DNA of 50,410 nt, filler included, from Jimgerdemannia flammicorona (GCA_003990765.1; 2 parts of 2 records of this genome joined end to end with filler, not necessarily neighbours in it); one strand, 5' to 3'. Positions 12,015 through 24,487 are shown, numbered from the whole stretch's first letter. Notes: a model not told the origin generated them from the letters alone. A program made the numbers and translations.

Positions 12015-14364
12015 TTCTTTCCTCTTTAAAAATCAACATTCTTGTTGATTTGAAAATTGAGAACCAGGGGAGAGAAAGATGGGGAGTCTTCCTCAGTATT
12101 GTTGCCATCTTCTTCAGTAGTAGGGGGGGTGATTACTGATGGCTCACTGTCCAGGATAGAGAAGTCAATAAGATCTGCAAATAGTTCTTACATTGGTATG
12201 AACACTGGTATAGGGGTTCTCTATCTGATGTGGTTGAGACCATCTAAGTAGGGTTCTTGATCTTTATATCTAGGGATATCCATTTGGATAGGTGGTTCTT
12301 CAAGGAGGTCAGAGAGGCCTTGGAGCTATTAGTCTGGGTTGTTATTCAGAAGGGGGCTCCAGTGGGGCTTGATATCAGTAGACTTGAGGGTAATTACAGG
12401 AGTTGACTTCCTGGGCTATCATGATCTCTAGTTCATCAACCTCAGAGAAGAAGAGGTTCTGGAAGTCCTTCAGTTATATATAGTTGAGGTTAGGAATTGC
12501 AAAGGGTGCATGATACATAATTTGATAAACCTTCTTGGTAAGTCTTTGCTTGAGCCTATCTAGGTAGGTCTAGTCTGAGATCTGATCAGTAGATAGGCCA
12601 TTTGTATTTTGAAGAAGCTGGTGGCTAATTTTATATTTATGTCAGATCTCTAGGCAGCTGGTAGTAAGATAGGCCTTTTCAGTAAGTTTATGATGGTCAA
12701 GAACATACTGTCTTAGGTCCTTGCTGGAGAGGTTAAGGGCCTCAGAGTGGTAGTTCCTTCCTTGGATAGCAATCTGAATATATCTAAAGAGGCAGTCAAC
12801 CTGGCTTGGGAGAGGTTGGCTACAGTGGACAGTTTGCTAGCAGATAGCAGGCATTCTTATCTTATCTTTTCTTTATAAGGAGAGGGGGATAAGAGTTGCA
12901 GAGTATTCTGGCCTTGGGTATTTATACTTATTCCCCTGTCTGGTGTGACCTTCTTTTGATTATACTTTCCAGCAGGAAATGTGTGACCTGTTACTATAAG
13001 TAGAGCATGTACTAGTCATATGAGAAAAAATCCTGATTTCAAAAATATCACCACTTGGTATTGTAGTTACACAGGGTTGACAGATCTTGGTCCTCTTTTT
13101 TTTTTATCTAATTAGTGTATTTGTAAGGACTAGCCATCCTTATTTAGGATAAGGGCTCTCATTATTACAACTAGGGGTTCAAACCTCTTAGAAATAGTAT
13201 TTCTTATAATCTGAGACAATTTCTATTAACAATATCTGTCATATGGATGGGCTTAGATTAGTTTCAATATTATTGGTTTTCCTAAGTTCCATATGAAGTA
13301 TTTGTTATCATCTAGTAGAGATGACACAAATGGTATAAAATGGAGTTGTTTAAATACATTTTGCTATACTATACTAGATTGTCCTTCACCTGAGTGTTTT
13401 CTTATTAATTATAGTGTTCCTTTTTCTGCAATATTTAGTATTAATGTTTTGAATAAAATATATCATATCTTATTTACTATGTGCTCTAATTTTTAGAGCT
13501 ACAGTTCCTTCTTCTGCTGGGGGGTGAGTGTTTCCATATAGTTCTGGAGAGGTTCACATACATTCTCTAGAGCTTCTTCCTTTTTCTAGATAGTGTCATG
13601 GGTGGGGTAATCCTTCCACTTGATGAGAAAAAACTGCTTGACTGTTTTGGGATATTTGTGAATCTTGTGATCAAGTATTTACTCAATTTTAAATTCCTTG
13701 TGATTATTGATTCTAATTGGGGTTAGTGGTGGAACTATATACTTGAGAAATAGGTTCTCATAGTAGTTCACCAATTGGCTGATATGGAATACTGGGTGTA
13801 CTCAGATATTATGGAGAAGTTGTAACTTATAGTTGACTTTGCTAACTTCTTCCACAATCTTGTATAGTGTAATTCTTCTAGCATGGAGTTTCTTGGCCAG
13901 TTGTTATGCCAGGGTGTCTGGGTGGAGATAGTCTGTTCTAAGCATGACTATGTCACCAATATTATAGGAGACTTCTCTTTGCTTCAAGTTTGCATACTCA
14001 GTCTAGTAGTCTTATACTTCTATAAGAGCATCTCTTGTTATTTGGATAAGGTCAGAAATAGTCTCAGCCAGATCTTGAACTGCTGGGACTACTAATTTTG
14101 TAGTAATACTTGGGGTCCTTGAGTATTAACTGTGGTTCAGGAAGAATGGGGTCTTCTTTATAGAGGTTTACTGGCTATTATTATAGGCAAACTTGGCATA
14201 GGCTAGGTACTTGTCTCAATCATTCTGCTTATAACAGTAGAAGATACTAAGTATCTGTTTGAGAGTCCTATTGGTTCACTCAGTTTGACTATCAGTCTGA
14301 GGATGGTAGACAGTAGAGAACTTTAGCTTAGTTTTATGGAGAGAGAAAAATGCCTTCCAGAAGT
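12015..14364 (-). mobile_element. Partial Gypsy-1 copy (a): integrase C-terminal half, chromodomain, spacer and accessory ORF3, attached to the 5417-12014 LTR
   Basis: Collinear with 16065-18420 of the complete copy. Ends abruptly at an orientation switch at 14364/14365. Confidence 0.93.
12026..12854 (-). pseudogene. Gypsy-1 accessory ORF3, copy a (unknown function)
   Basis: ATG at 12854 and TAA at 12026-12028 next to the PPT. Collinear with 16076-16903, with a net 1-nt indel. Confidence 0.7.
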
Positions 14365-15268
14365 AGCTGAGATCTGATATACTACCCATGAGAAGGAACT
14401 CCTGGCCATTATCACTACACTCCAGGAATAATGCCACTTCCTCCTAGGACTATTATTTGTAACTTATACTGATCACTATACTCTATGATATATTCACATA
14501 TAGCCCATACTGACCAATAGATAAGCTTGCTGAATGGAAATTATTGTTAACTTTAATATAGAAATCAAGTATATCCCAGGCAAAACCAACTGTATGCCTG
14601 ATGGTTTCTCCAGATATATAGAAGATGAACTTATCTTTATAGTCAAGATAATTAGAGATCTTACACAGATAATAAAGAATGACCACCAATAGGACAGCTC
14701 TCTGGTAAATTTCCTTCAATTCTACTAAGATCCAGAGGCCAAATTCCAAAATCTATGAGACAAATGTCCAAAAGATTTACTTACTGTAATAGACTTATCT
14801 ATAAGGACCATGACAGAGTAGTTGTATCTAATAATAATACTCTGTGACTCAAGATCATACAGGAATTCTATGACACTTTTGTAGTAAGATATTTTAATTT
14901 CAAAAAGACCTACAATCTCCTCTCAAGAGAGTTCTACTAGCCAAAGATGACTAAGAATATTAAAATTTTTATGGCCTTATGTGAGATACATATACCAAAG
15001 GTTCAAAAGTAGTAATAAGCTATCTGTGGGACTTCTGCAACCCCTGTCTATCCTGAGTCATAACTAGAATCAGATTGCAATGAACTTCATTATTTAGCTT
15101 TCCAAGACTAAGATAGGATGAGATACTATTGTAGTATTTGTAAACTGCCTAAGGAAATAAGTCTATTTTACACTCCGTAAGACTATTACCACAATACCAG
15201 AGATTGCTGAGATCTTCCTCAACTAAGTATTTAGGCTCTATAGTATGCCCAGTACTATTGTATCTGAC

Positions 15269-16064
15269 TGTAATAACTCTTATTTCTACCCCTCTCTTAT
15301 CCTTTGAATAATTAGGGAAGTAAGACTATTACTTAGAGACTTAGTATACAATGTATGCCAAGAAGCCTTCAGTTTGAGGAAGTACTTGCTTAAAGTAGTT
15401 GTAGTAGTAGTATCTTATCTTTTAAAGGACTTTCTCTTTTGCCCTATCTTTCAAGAGTCTTGTTCTTTGCTGTGTACAGATCAAATTTGTCTTGAAATTT
15501 AGGTTCAATAGGTTTACTTAAGTCTTTGGAAATTTATATACTGGTCTCAGTTCTGGCAGAAGTTAGCTAGGCTTCTGGAGTTTAGTCAGAAACACTAGAG
15601 TCACTTAGATATCATTACTAAGACTCAGGGGAATATGTGTGTATGGGGGGGACTTCATTCTTATTTCAAGGACTAAACTAAAACTACTTTATTTTGGATA
15701 GAACCTGGGGGGTATTTATATAAGTTGGTCTGCAATTTTCTAACTAAGTATGAGTGACTAATTTGGTAACTATAGTGAGATTTGTAATTGTGACCTTTGT
15801 TAGGTGGTTTTTGATAAAAACAACTTTATGATCAGGACCTCAATTACTAGGCAATGATCAGCTACTATGGCAATAGTTGCTGTGATGCTAATTGTCAGAG
15901 ATAAACTGAATATCATTTTTTACATCATTTTTCATATTGTTCATTTATCATTCATAATATCATATGTTATACTCGATCATATGATGATATTACTACTCAC
16001 CAGGTCACATGATTGCTCATCTCATTGCATCTCATCTGTTCACTTGTTTGTTTGTTCTATTACA
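15269..16064 (-). repeat. Gypsy-1 3' LTR (796 bp)
   Basis: TGTAATA...TATTACA termini; TATAAATACC on the minus strand at 15711-15720. Confidence 0.96.
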
Positions 16065-16077
16065 TCCTTTCTTCCTT
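16065..16077 (-). promoter_or_regulatory. Polypurine tract
   Basis: AAGGAAGAAAGGA on the minus strand abutting the 3' LTR. Confidence 0.85.
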
Positions 16078-16903
16078 AGAAATTAACTTTCTCATTGATT
16101 CAGAAATTGAGAACCAGGGAAGAAAAAGGTGGAGAATTTTTCTCAATATTATTGCCTACTTCTTCAATGGCAGGGGAGATAGTTGCTGATGGCTTGTTGT
16201 CTAGGATAGAGAAGTCAATGAGGTCTACAAATGGTTCTTGCATTAGTATGAGTATTGGTATAGGAGTTCTCCATCTAATATGGTTGGGGCCATCCAAGTA
16301 AGGTTCTTGATCCTTATGCCTAGAGATATCCATTTGGATAGACAGTCCTTCAAAAAGGTCAGAGAGGCCTTAGAGTCATTGGTCTAGGTTGTTATTTAGG
16401 AGAGGGCTCTAGTGGGGCTCAATGTCAGTAGACTTGAAGATAATCCAGAAGTTGGCTTCTTGAGCTACCTTGATCTCTAGCACATTAATCTCAGGGAAGG
16501 AGAGGTTCTGGAAATCCTTCAGTTGAATATAGTTGAGATTGGAGATTACAAAGAGTGTATGGTGCATGATTTAATAGACCTTCTTGGCAAGTCTTTACTT
16601 ATACCTATCTAGGTAGGTTCAGTCTGAGACCTGGTCAGTAGGTAGGTCCTTTGTATATTGGAGAAGTTGGTGGCTGATTTCATATTCATATCAGATCTCT
16701 AAGTAGCTGGTAGCAAGATAGGTTCTTTCAATAAGTTCATAGTAGTTAAGGATATACTGTCCTAGGTCTGGGCTGGAGAGGTTAAGGGCCTCAGAGCAGC
16801 AGTTTCTTCCTCAGATAGCAACCTGGATATATTCAAAGAGGTGGCCAACCTGGCTTAAGAGGGGCTGGCTACAGTAGACAGTTTGGCAGTAAGTAGTAGG
16901 CAT
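16076..16903 (-). pseudogene. Gypsy-1 accessory ORF3 (~275 aa, unknown function)
   Basis: Single frame from ATG 16903 to TAA 16076 (828 nt), including the listed ORF 16100-16333. Internal stops are transition products, e.g. TGA here versus CAA in copy a implies ancestral CGA. Confidence 0.75.
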
Positions 16904-17571
16904 TCTTATCTTGTCTTTTCTTTATAAGGAGGGGGGGATAAGAGTTGTGGGGTATTCTTGCCTTAGGTATTTATATTTATTCACCTATCTGGTATGACCT
17001 TCTTTTGGTCATGCTTTCTAGCAGAATGTGTGACCTATTGCTGTAAGTGGAGCATATACTGGTCACATGAGAAAAAATTCTGATTTTAAAGATATCACTA
17101 CTTAGAGTTGTAGTTATACAGAGTTAACAGATCTTAGTCCCCTTTTTTTTTGTCTAGTTGGTGCATTTGCGAGGACTGGCCATCCTTGTCTAGGGCAAGG
17201 ACTCTCATTATCATAGCTGGGGGTTTGAACTTCTTGGAAATAGTATTTCTTGTAATCCAAGACAATTCCTAGTAACAATATCTATCACATAGATGGACTT
17301 AGATTGGTTTTGACATTATTGGTTTTCCTAAGTTTTATATAAAGCATTTATCATCATCCAGTAGAGATGATACAGATAGTGTGAAATAGAGTTGTTCAAA
17401 TACATTTTGCTATACTGTGCTAGATTGTCTTTTGCCTTAGTGTCTTCTTATTGATTAACTATAATGTTCCTTTTTTCTGCAATGTTTAGTATTATATGTT
17501 TCAGATAAAATATATTGTAACCTTCTTGTTTGCTATGTGCTCCAATTTTAGAGCTACAGTTCCTTTCTTTG

Positions 17572-17754
17572 CTAGAGAGTGAGTGTTTCCATATTATTCT
17601 GGAGAGCTTCACATATATTCTCCAGAGCTTCTTCCTTTTCCTAGATAGTGTCATAGGTGGGATAACCCTTTCACTTGATGAGGAAAAACCACTTGACTGT
17701 TTTAGAATATTTGTAGACCTTGTAATCAAGTACTTCCTTAATTTCAAATTCCTC
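17572..17754 (-). other. Integrase C-terminal chromodomain
   Basis: EEFEIKEVLD...FLIK*KGYPTYDTI*EKEEALEN matches the chromo consensus, with Trp codons mutated to stops. Confidence 0.88.
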
Positions 17755-20700
17755 ATGATCATTGATCCTGATTGGGGGTGGTGGTGGAACTGTTTGCTCA
17801 GAGAATGAGTTCTCATGGTAGTCCACCAATTGACTGGTATAGAATACTGAGTGTACTCAGATATTGTAGAGAAGTTGCAACTTGTAATTGACTTTGCTGA
17901 CTTTTTGTACAATCTTGTATAGTCTAATTCTTCTAGCACAGAGTTTCTTGGCTGGTTGTTGTGCCAGAGTATCTGGGTGGAGGTGGTCTATTTTAAGTAT
18001 GACTATGTCACTAATGTTATAGGAGACTTTTCTTCATTTCAAGTTTGCATACTTGATCTGGTTGTCCTGTGCTTCTATAAGAGCATCTCTTGTCATTCAG
18101 ATAAGATCAGAAATGGTCTCAGCCAGATCTTGGGCTGCTGGGACTACTGATTTTGCAGTAGTACTTGGGGTCCTTGGGTATTGACTGTAGTTCAAAAAGA
18201 ATGGGGTCTTCTTTATAGAGGTTTGTTGGCTATTGTTGTAGGTAAACTCAGCATGGGCAAGATACTTATCCCAATCATTCTACTTATAACAGCAAAAGAT
18301 GCTAAACATCTGTTTGAGAGTCCTATTAGTTTGCTCAGTTTAACTATCAGTCTGGAAGTAATAGACAGTAGAGAACTTCAGCTTGGTTCTATAGAGAGAT
18401 AAGAATGCCTTTCAGAAGTTGCTTGTAAACTTGGCATCTTGGTCAGATATAATAGTGCTAGGTATGCCATATAGCCTAAATACTTGGTTGAGGAAAATCT
18501 CAGAAATCTCTGGTGCTGTAGCAGTGGGCTTGGTGGGTGCAAAATGGGCTTGTTTGCTTAGGTAGTCTATGAATACTACAATGGCATTCCATCCTGTCTT
18601 GGTCTTGGGGAGCTGAATAATAAAGTTTATTGCAATCTGATCCCAGTTATAACTTGGGATAGGCAGAGGTTGTAGAAGTCCTGCTGGTAGCTTGTTACCA
18701 CTTTTGAACCTTTGGCACATCTTGTATGAGACCACAAAGTCTTTGATGTCTTTAGTCATCTTTGGCCAGTAGAACTCTCTTGAGAGGAGATTGTATGTCT
18801 TTTCAAAACCAAAGTATCCTACTGCAAGAGTATCATAGAGTTTCTGCATAATTTTGAGTTACAGAGCATCATTGTTAGGTATAACCACTCTTTTATGATC
18901 CCTGTAGATAAGTCTATCATGGAAAGTGAATCTTGTAGACATTTGTCTCATGAGTTCCAGGACCTTAGCCTCTGGGTCTTAGCATAATTAAAGAAAATTC
19001 ATCAAGGGGCTGTCTTGCTGATAGCCATCCTTGATCATCTGGGTAAGATCTCCAATTACCTCAACTATGAAGACAAGTTTGTCTTCCATATACCTGGAGA
19101 AACCATCAGCCACACAGTTGGTTTTGCCTGAGATATACTTGATTTCTATATTGAAGTTGGCAATGATTTCTATCCAGTGGGCTTGTCTGCATGTCAGTAT
19201 GGGCTGTGTATAGATATATATACCATAGAGTATAGTAATTAGTATAGGCTACAAATAGTTGTTCTAGGAGGAAATGGTGCCATTCCTGAAGTACAGTAAT
19301 AATAACCAGGAGTTCCTTCTCATGGGTGGTATACTAGGTCTCAGCTGGCTTGAGCTTTTGGGAAAGATAGGCTACTGGGCAATCTTCTTGACTGAGTACT
19401 GCCCTAATGACAATATCAGAGACATCTGTGGTCAGAGTAAATAGCTTAGTAGGGTCAGGTGCAATTAGCACTAGAGTCTCAGTAAGGAGTCTCTTGAGAT
19501 GGTCCATAGTCTGGATATATTCAGGAGTCCATTCAGTCTTGATGTTTACTCCTTTGTGGGCCAGGCTGGTCAGTAGGATTGCAATAGTAGAGTATCCTTG
19601 GATAAACCTTTGATAGTAACTAGCAATACCCAGAAAGCACTAGAGTAGCTTGAGGGTAGTAGAGATAGGAATATTCTTGAGGGCTAATACTTTTTGGAGG
19701 TTCACATTGATATCTTCAGTAGAGATGATATGTCCTAAGTACTCAATCTAGTCTTGATAGAACTTATACTTACTCATCTTAGCATAGAGCTGGTATTTTC
19801 ACAGAAGGGTCAGTATCTGTCTGAGGTGGGTATAGTGTAACTCTACTGTTTCACTGTAGATTAGTATATCATCAATATATACAAGGATACAGATGTTGAG
19901 GAGTAGTCTAAAGATATTATTTATCAGATACTAGAATATTGCTAGTATATTTATTGGTCAAACCAAAAGATATGACTTGGAACTGGTAGTGTCCAAACTA
20001 TATTCAGAAAGCTGTCTTTTCAATGTCCTTCTCATCAATGAGAATTTGGTGGTAACCATTTTACAAGTCTAGTAGGGAAAAGGTCTTGGTCTTGAAGATC
20101 TAGTACAACAACTCATCAATCCTAGGCAGGGCATACTGGTTCTTGATGGTGATCTTGTTGAGGGCTCTATAGTCAATACACATTTACAGAGAGCAATCCT
20201 TCTTCTTGATAAATAGAATGGGAGCTCCAAATGGAGAGTGGCTGGGTTCAATATATCCTTGGATCAGTAGTTTGATCAACTCATCCTTGAGGGTCTTGAG
20301 TTCAGGTTGGGCCAGTTGATAGATACTCTTGTATGGAGGTTCAGATCCTGGAATGAGATCAATTTCATGTTGAATTTGGCACTTGAGTGGGAGTCCTTAA
20401 GGGTCTTGAAATACTTCTTAGAATTCCTCAAATAGTTCTTGAGTTTCTGTTGGGATTGGGCTACTTGGAGCTTCTGTAACTTCTTGTACAGTTCAGATGA
20501 AGTAGGTGTTTCCATTTTTTTTGGAAGAGTCTCTTCATTTTGATGGCAGAGATGATTTCAATTCCTTGATGATTGGTACCTTCCTGGGGTGTCAGGGTGA
20601 TCTTTCTGCCTTTATGAGTCAGATTAACCTCATTGGTTCTCCAGTTGATATCTGGGTTATGCTGGGTCAACCAGGCTTTTCCTAGAATAATGTCTTGTCC

Positions 20701-21273
20701 TAAGAGGTCTACAATACTGAAGTCCAACTTCTCTTGATATTTTCCAATCTTGAGCAAGAGATCTTCACAGATCTTAGTCAGTGGTATAGTCTTACCATTA
20801 TCAAAGGTAACACACCTTTTCTCAGTAGCTGGTCTGCTTCGGGCTCCAATCCTCTTAGTAGTCTTGGTGCTAATATAGTTTTCAGTAGTACTACTATCAA
20901 GCAAAATATTGATATTCTGTCTGTGGACTTGGTCTGTGAACTTGATACAACTGTCCTTCTTCTTAATGGTATTGAGTTCTTTATTCTCATTGTTGTTGTC
21001 CCAATTACTGTCAGTCTCCTTGAAGTCAGTTTCTCCCTATCCTTCACAAGGAGAGTAGTCCTGTTTAGACTCCTCAGTCTGTTGGGCTTAGCACTTCTTG
21101 AATTGAATTTTGAAAACTTTGGAGAGGTATACATGATATTTACCAAAATGTTCTATACAGTACATTCAGATAGAATAAGGGTATCATCTACATAGTGCAT
21201 AACTATCTACAATTCTCTTATACCAGTTTTCATCATCTTTCTTCATAGTGGTGACCTTTTGACCAGGAGATTT

Positions 21274-21690
21274 ATTGGTTGATCCAAACTCTTTCTTGTT
21301 ATAGTCTGTCTGGGAGAGCTTGGAGACTTCTTCAATGGTGAGATCTTGATGGATTTCTTCAATGATTGCTTGGACAATTCTTTGGCCTACTTTGACTTCA
21401 AATGAGATATCTCCAAAATTTTGCAAGATAACATAGATTTTGCCAGTAAATCCTTAGTCAACTACTCCTCCTCCTAGTCTAATGTTAAACTCTTTGGCTA
21501 GGCTGCTTTATTCAGTAAGGCAGATATATGTACTGTTGGAAGCTTGCATTGCAATCTCTGTTTGCACTGTAACATTGGTACTGGATGGAATGGTGAGGTC
21601 TTGGCTACTATAGAGATCATATTCAGCATCAGTGGGATGAGCCTTAATGGGGATGGTAGCCTTATACCATATCTTTTGTACTTTGATAAC
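21274..21690 (-). pseudogene. dut: dUTPase domain embedded in gag-pol between the zinc knuckle and the protease
   Basis: All five trimeric-dUTPase motifs occur in order: DAEYDL (DAGYDL), *SSLA (RSSLA), GGVVD*GFTGKI, GQRIVQ (GxRIAQ), YNKKEFGST (RGxxGFGST). Confidence 0.9.
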
Positions 21691-22110
21691 ATTCTTAGAG
21701 TTCTTCTTTCCTGGACCTTTTCCAATAACAGTAATGTTCTGGTTACTGAGTTCACCTGATCTGTTTCTCTTCTCAGGGCATTTGAATGAGATGTGTCCTG
21801 TCTTCTTATAGATAAAGCATAATATTTTTTCATGAAGCTGCTTTTTTTCATCCTCAGTAAGAGGTCTTGGTCCTCTGGGATTTTGCTGGTTCCTTTGATC
21901 ATTTCTTTGGTCATTCCTTTAATTATTTCTCCTGATGAGATTCCTCCTATCTTGGTTATTTTTCTTGTATTCTGGATTTCATGGGGCCTATGCAGTAAGG
22001 ATTTCATAGGATCTTCTTTGTACTTAGGCAAAGCACCATGAGTAGTGGGGACATTCTTGGGAGAGGTCTTGTTCCTTAATCTTCTGAGTGAGCCAGTCTA
22101 GTAGGGCTGC

Positions 22111-22126
22111 AAAGAGATGATTAACT

Positions 22127-22160
<34 letters not shown>

Positions 22161-22171
22161 ATGGTTAACTC
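22111..22171 (+). mobile_element. Poly(A)-only retrotransposition scar inside gag
   Basis: AAAGAGATGATTAACTC (22111-22127), an A-run, then AAAGAGATGGTTAACTC (22155-22171): a 17-bp TSD with one transition. Confidence 0.85.
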
Positions 22172-23680
22172 TGGTACCATTGATGACTAAATTAGTTTCC
22201 TGATAGATAAGTTCAATGGTTTTGAGGTAGGTAGCTATTCTAGTGGCAAAGGTTTTGAGGTCCTCTTCATCATTCTTATAGAACTTCATCTGGACTAGTT
22301 TGTTCTAAGTTTCTTATATATAGACTATATTTTAGAATTTGGTCAATAGTAAGGTCTTGAGTTCTGGGCCTGCTTTATAGTCAACTCAACCTAGTCTGTT
22401 ATGGGCTTATGCTTGTCCATTGACTGGGGGCAGTCTTTCCAGGTTACTGGGTATTATTCCAAGGTATATCAGAATTTAGCTGCTGTTCCTATAAAGAATG
22501 TGGCTACTATTTCCACTTGTGCTACTGATGTGACAAACAACTGTTGAAGGGTGTGGTTCTGGTTATTAGTGAGTATTCCTACAGATACTTAGTTGTCATT
22601 CTATTGGTTTGCTTGATAACCTATATCAACTGTATTGATGAAGTTTTTAATGTCACTGTTTTTTCCACTAAATGTTAGAATTTAGAAGGTCTTGGTTGGT
22701 TTGTTCTGTTCAGCAATTTGTCTTACTATCTCTGCTACTGTGGCTAGCTAGGTAGTCAGTGCTACAATGTTGATATCTACCATTGTATTGACTATTGATA
22801 GTAGTCCTATGGGGGTAGATTCTCCTGAAGATTGTTCTGTCTGATAGGATTATAGTGCTATATGACTTGGGGTTACTTGATTCCCAGATATCAGATCAAA
22901 GAGTCCTGTGAGAGAGAGTAAACCAAACCTCTATATAGGTGGCTAGATTGATTCTAGGGTCCTATCTTCTTGACCTGTAGTTTCTTGGTAAATTCCTAGG
23001 CCTGCTGTTCCTTGTTGGCTATCATCAGACTGGTAACCTATAGAGTTCTCATCTGACTCCCTTCTCTGATGAGATAGTGCATCCTTATACTAACTAGGTC
23101 CTTCAAAGAGGATATCAGTTTCTGGCTAGATAGATGGGTCTGGTTCTTGTTCAGCAGTAGGAGATGGGTGACCTACTTGCTCATTCTCATCCCTAGTTAT
23201 ATATAGCAGAGACATAGTATATAACTAGCCTGTAGTAGAGTGAGGTCTTGGTGAGAGTATGATGACATCTGTCAGAGGTAATCTACTCGGCAGCTGCTTT
23301 CTTTACATCAGGGGGTGAGATATAATCTAGAAAATCCTGGGTGGCTATAGTAGTAGATTCTGGGGTCTTGGTGGTTCCAATATATCTATGGAGAAGTTCA
23401 TAGAACTTATGGTAGCTGACTATATTCCTAAGTCCTGGGTGGTAAGTTCTAAAGGCCTGATATAGATCCTTGTAAGTCTGGTCAATTAAAAGCTTGTAGG
23501 TCTCTGGGTCTGTAGTTTTCTGGTACCACTTGGTCCTAATGACAAGGGCTTCCCTGGCTCTGGTTAGGGGGTTTGATCCTAGAGAATCCACAGTTAGTTC
23601 TGGGGGTTACTCCTGTCCAAGGTTGGTCTTGTTCCAACTTCAGAAGTGTGTTCTTGGTGCCTTCTTGGCTTGGTAATCTA

Positions 23681-23689
23681 CTGCTACCA
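23681..23689 (-). promoter_or_regulatory. Primer-binding site, initiator tRNA-Met type
   Basis: TGGTAGCAG on the minus strand, 3 nt inside the 5' LTR. Confidence 0.75.
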
Positions 23690-23692
23690 AGT

Positions 23693-24487
23693 TGTAATAA
23701 CTCTTATTTCTACCTCTCTCTTATCCTTTGGATAATTAGAGAAATAAGACTATTACTTAGAGACTTAGTATATAATGTGTACCAAGAAGCCTTCAGTTTG
23801 AGAAAGCACTTGCTTAAAAATAGTTATAGTAGTAGTACCTTATCTTTTAAAGGTCTTTCTCTTTTGTTTTATCTTTCAAGAGTCTTATTCTTTACTGTGT
23901 ATAGACTGAATTTACCTTAGAATTCAGGTTTAATGAGTTTACTTAAGTCTTTAGAGATTTATATACTAGTCTCAGATCTGGTAGAAGTTAGCTAGACTTC
24001 TGGAGTTTAATCAGAAATACTTAAGTTACTTAGATATCATTACTAAGACTTAGGGAAATATGTATATGTGGGGAGGACTTGATTCTTATATCAAGGACTA
24101 AACTAAAACTGCTTTATTTCAGATGAAAACTGGTGGATATTTATATAAGTTGGTCCATGATTTTCTGACTAAATATGAGTGACTAATTTCATAACTATAG
24201 TGAGGTTTGTAATTGCAATCTTTGTCAGATAGTTTTTGGCAAAAACAACTTTGTAATCAGGACCTTAATTACTAGGCAATGATCAGCTACTGTGGCAACA
24301 GTTGCTATAGTGCTGATTGTTAGGAATAACTTGATATCATTTTTTGCATCACTTCCACATTATTCATTCATTATTTATAATATTATATATCACACTTGAT
24401 CATATGATGACATCATTGCTCACCAGGTCATATGATCACTTATCTCATTGTATCTCATCTATTTACTTACTCGTTTGTTCTATTATA
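23693..24487 (-). repeat. Gypsy-1 5' LTR (795 bp)
   Basis: TGTAATA...TATTATA (terminal CA mutated to TA); direct repeat of 15269-16064. Confidence 0.96.

Larger units (their letters stand above)
17572..23591 (-). pseudogene. Gypsy-1 gag-pol polyprotein
   Basis: Knuckle CFI(Y)KKTGHISFKC at 21778-21819; protease LLDSSTTENYI at about 20900; RT IDYRALNKITIKNQYALPRIDELL and YIDDILIYS; RNase H TDVSDIVIRAVL and THEKELL; integrase LSREFYWPKM, WDQIAINFI, IISDQDAKFTSNF. The start is uncertain. Confidence 0.93.
15269..24487 (-). mobile_element. Complete chromoviral Ty3/Gypsy LTR retrotransposon (Gypsy-1, 9,219 bp) with dUTPase and accessory 3' ORF; inactivated
   Basis: Paired LTRs; 5-bp TSD CTGAC at 15264-15268 and 24488-24492; PBS; PPT; domain order gag-dUT-PR-RT-RH-IN-chromo. 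Confidence 0.97.

Noticed and set aside
11817..12029. Recurrent hydrophobic ORFs (also 15867-16079 and 24344-24622)
   Set aside because: They recur only because they lie in LTR copies, and are antisense to the element.
16076..16903. Calling ORF3 an env gene
   Set aside because: The position fits, but no signal peptide or transmembrane anchor is visible.
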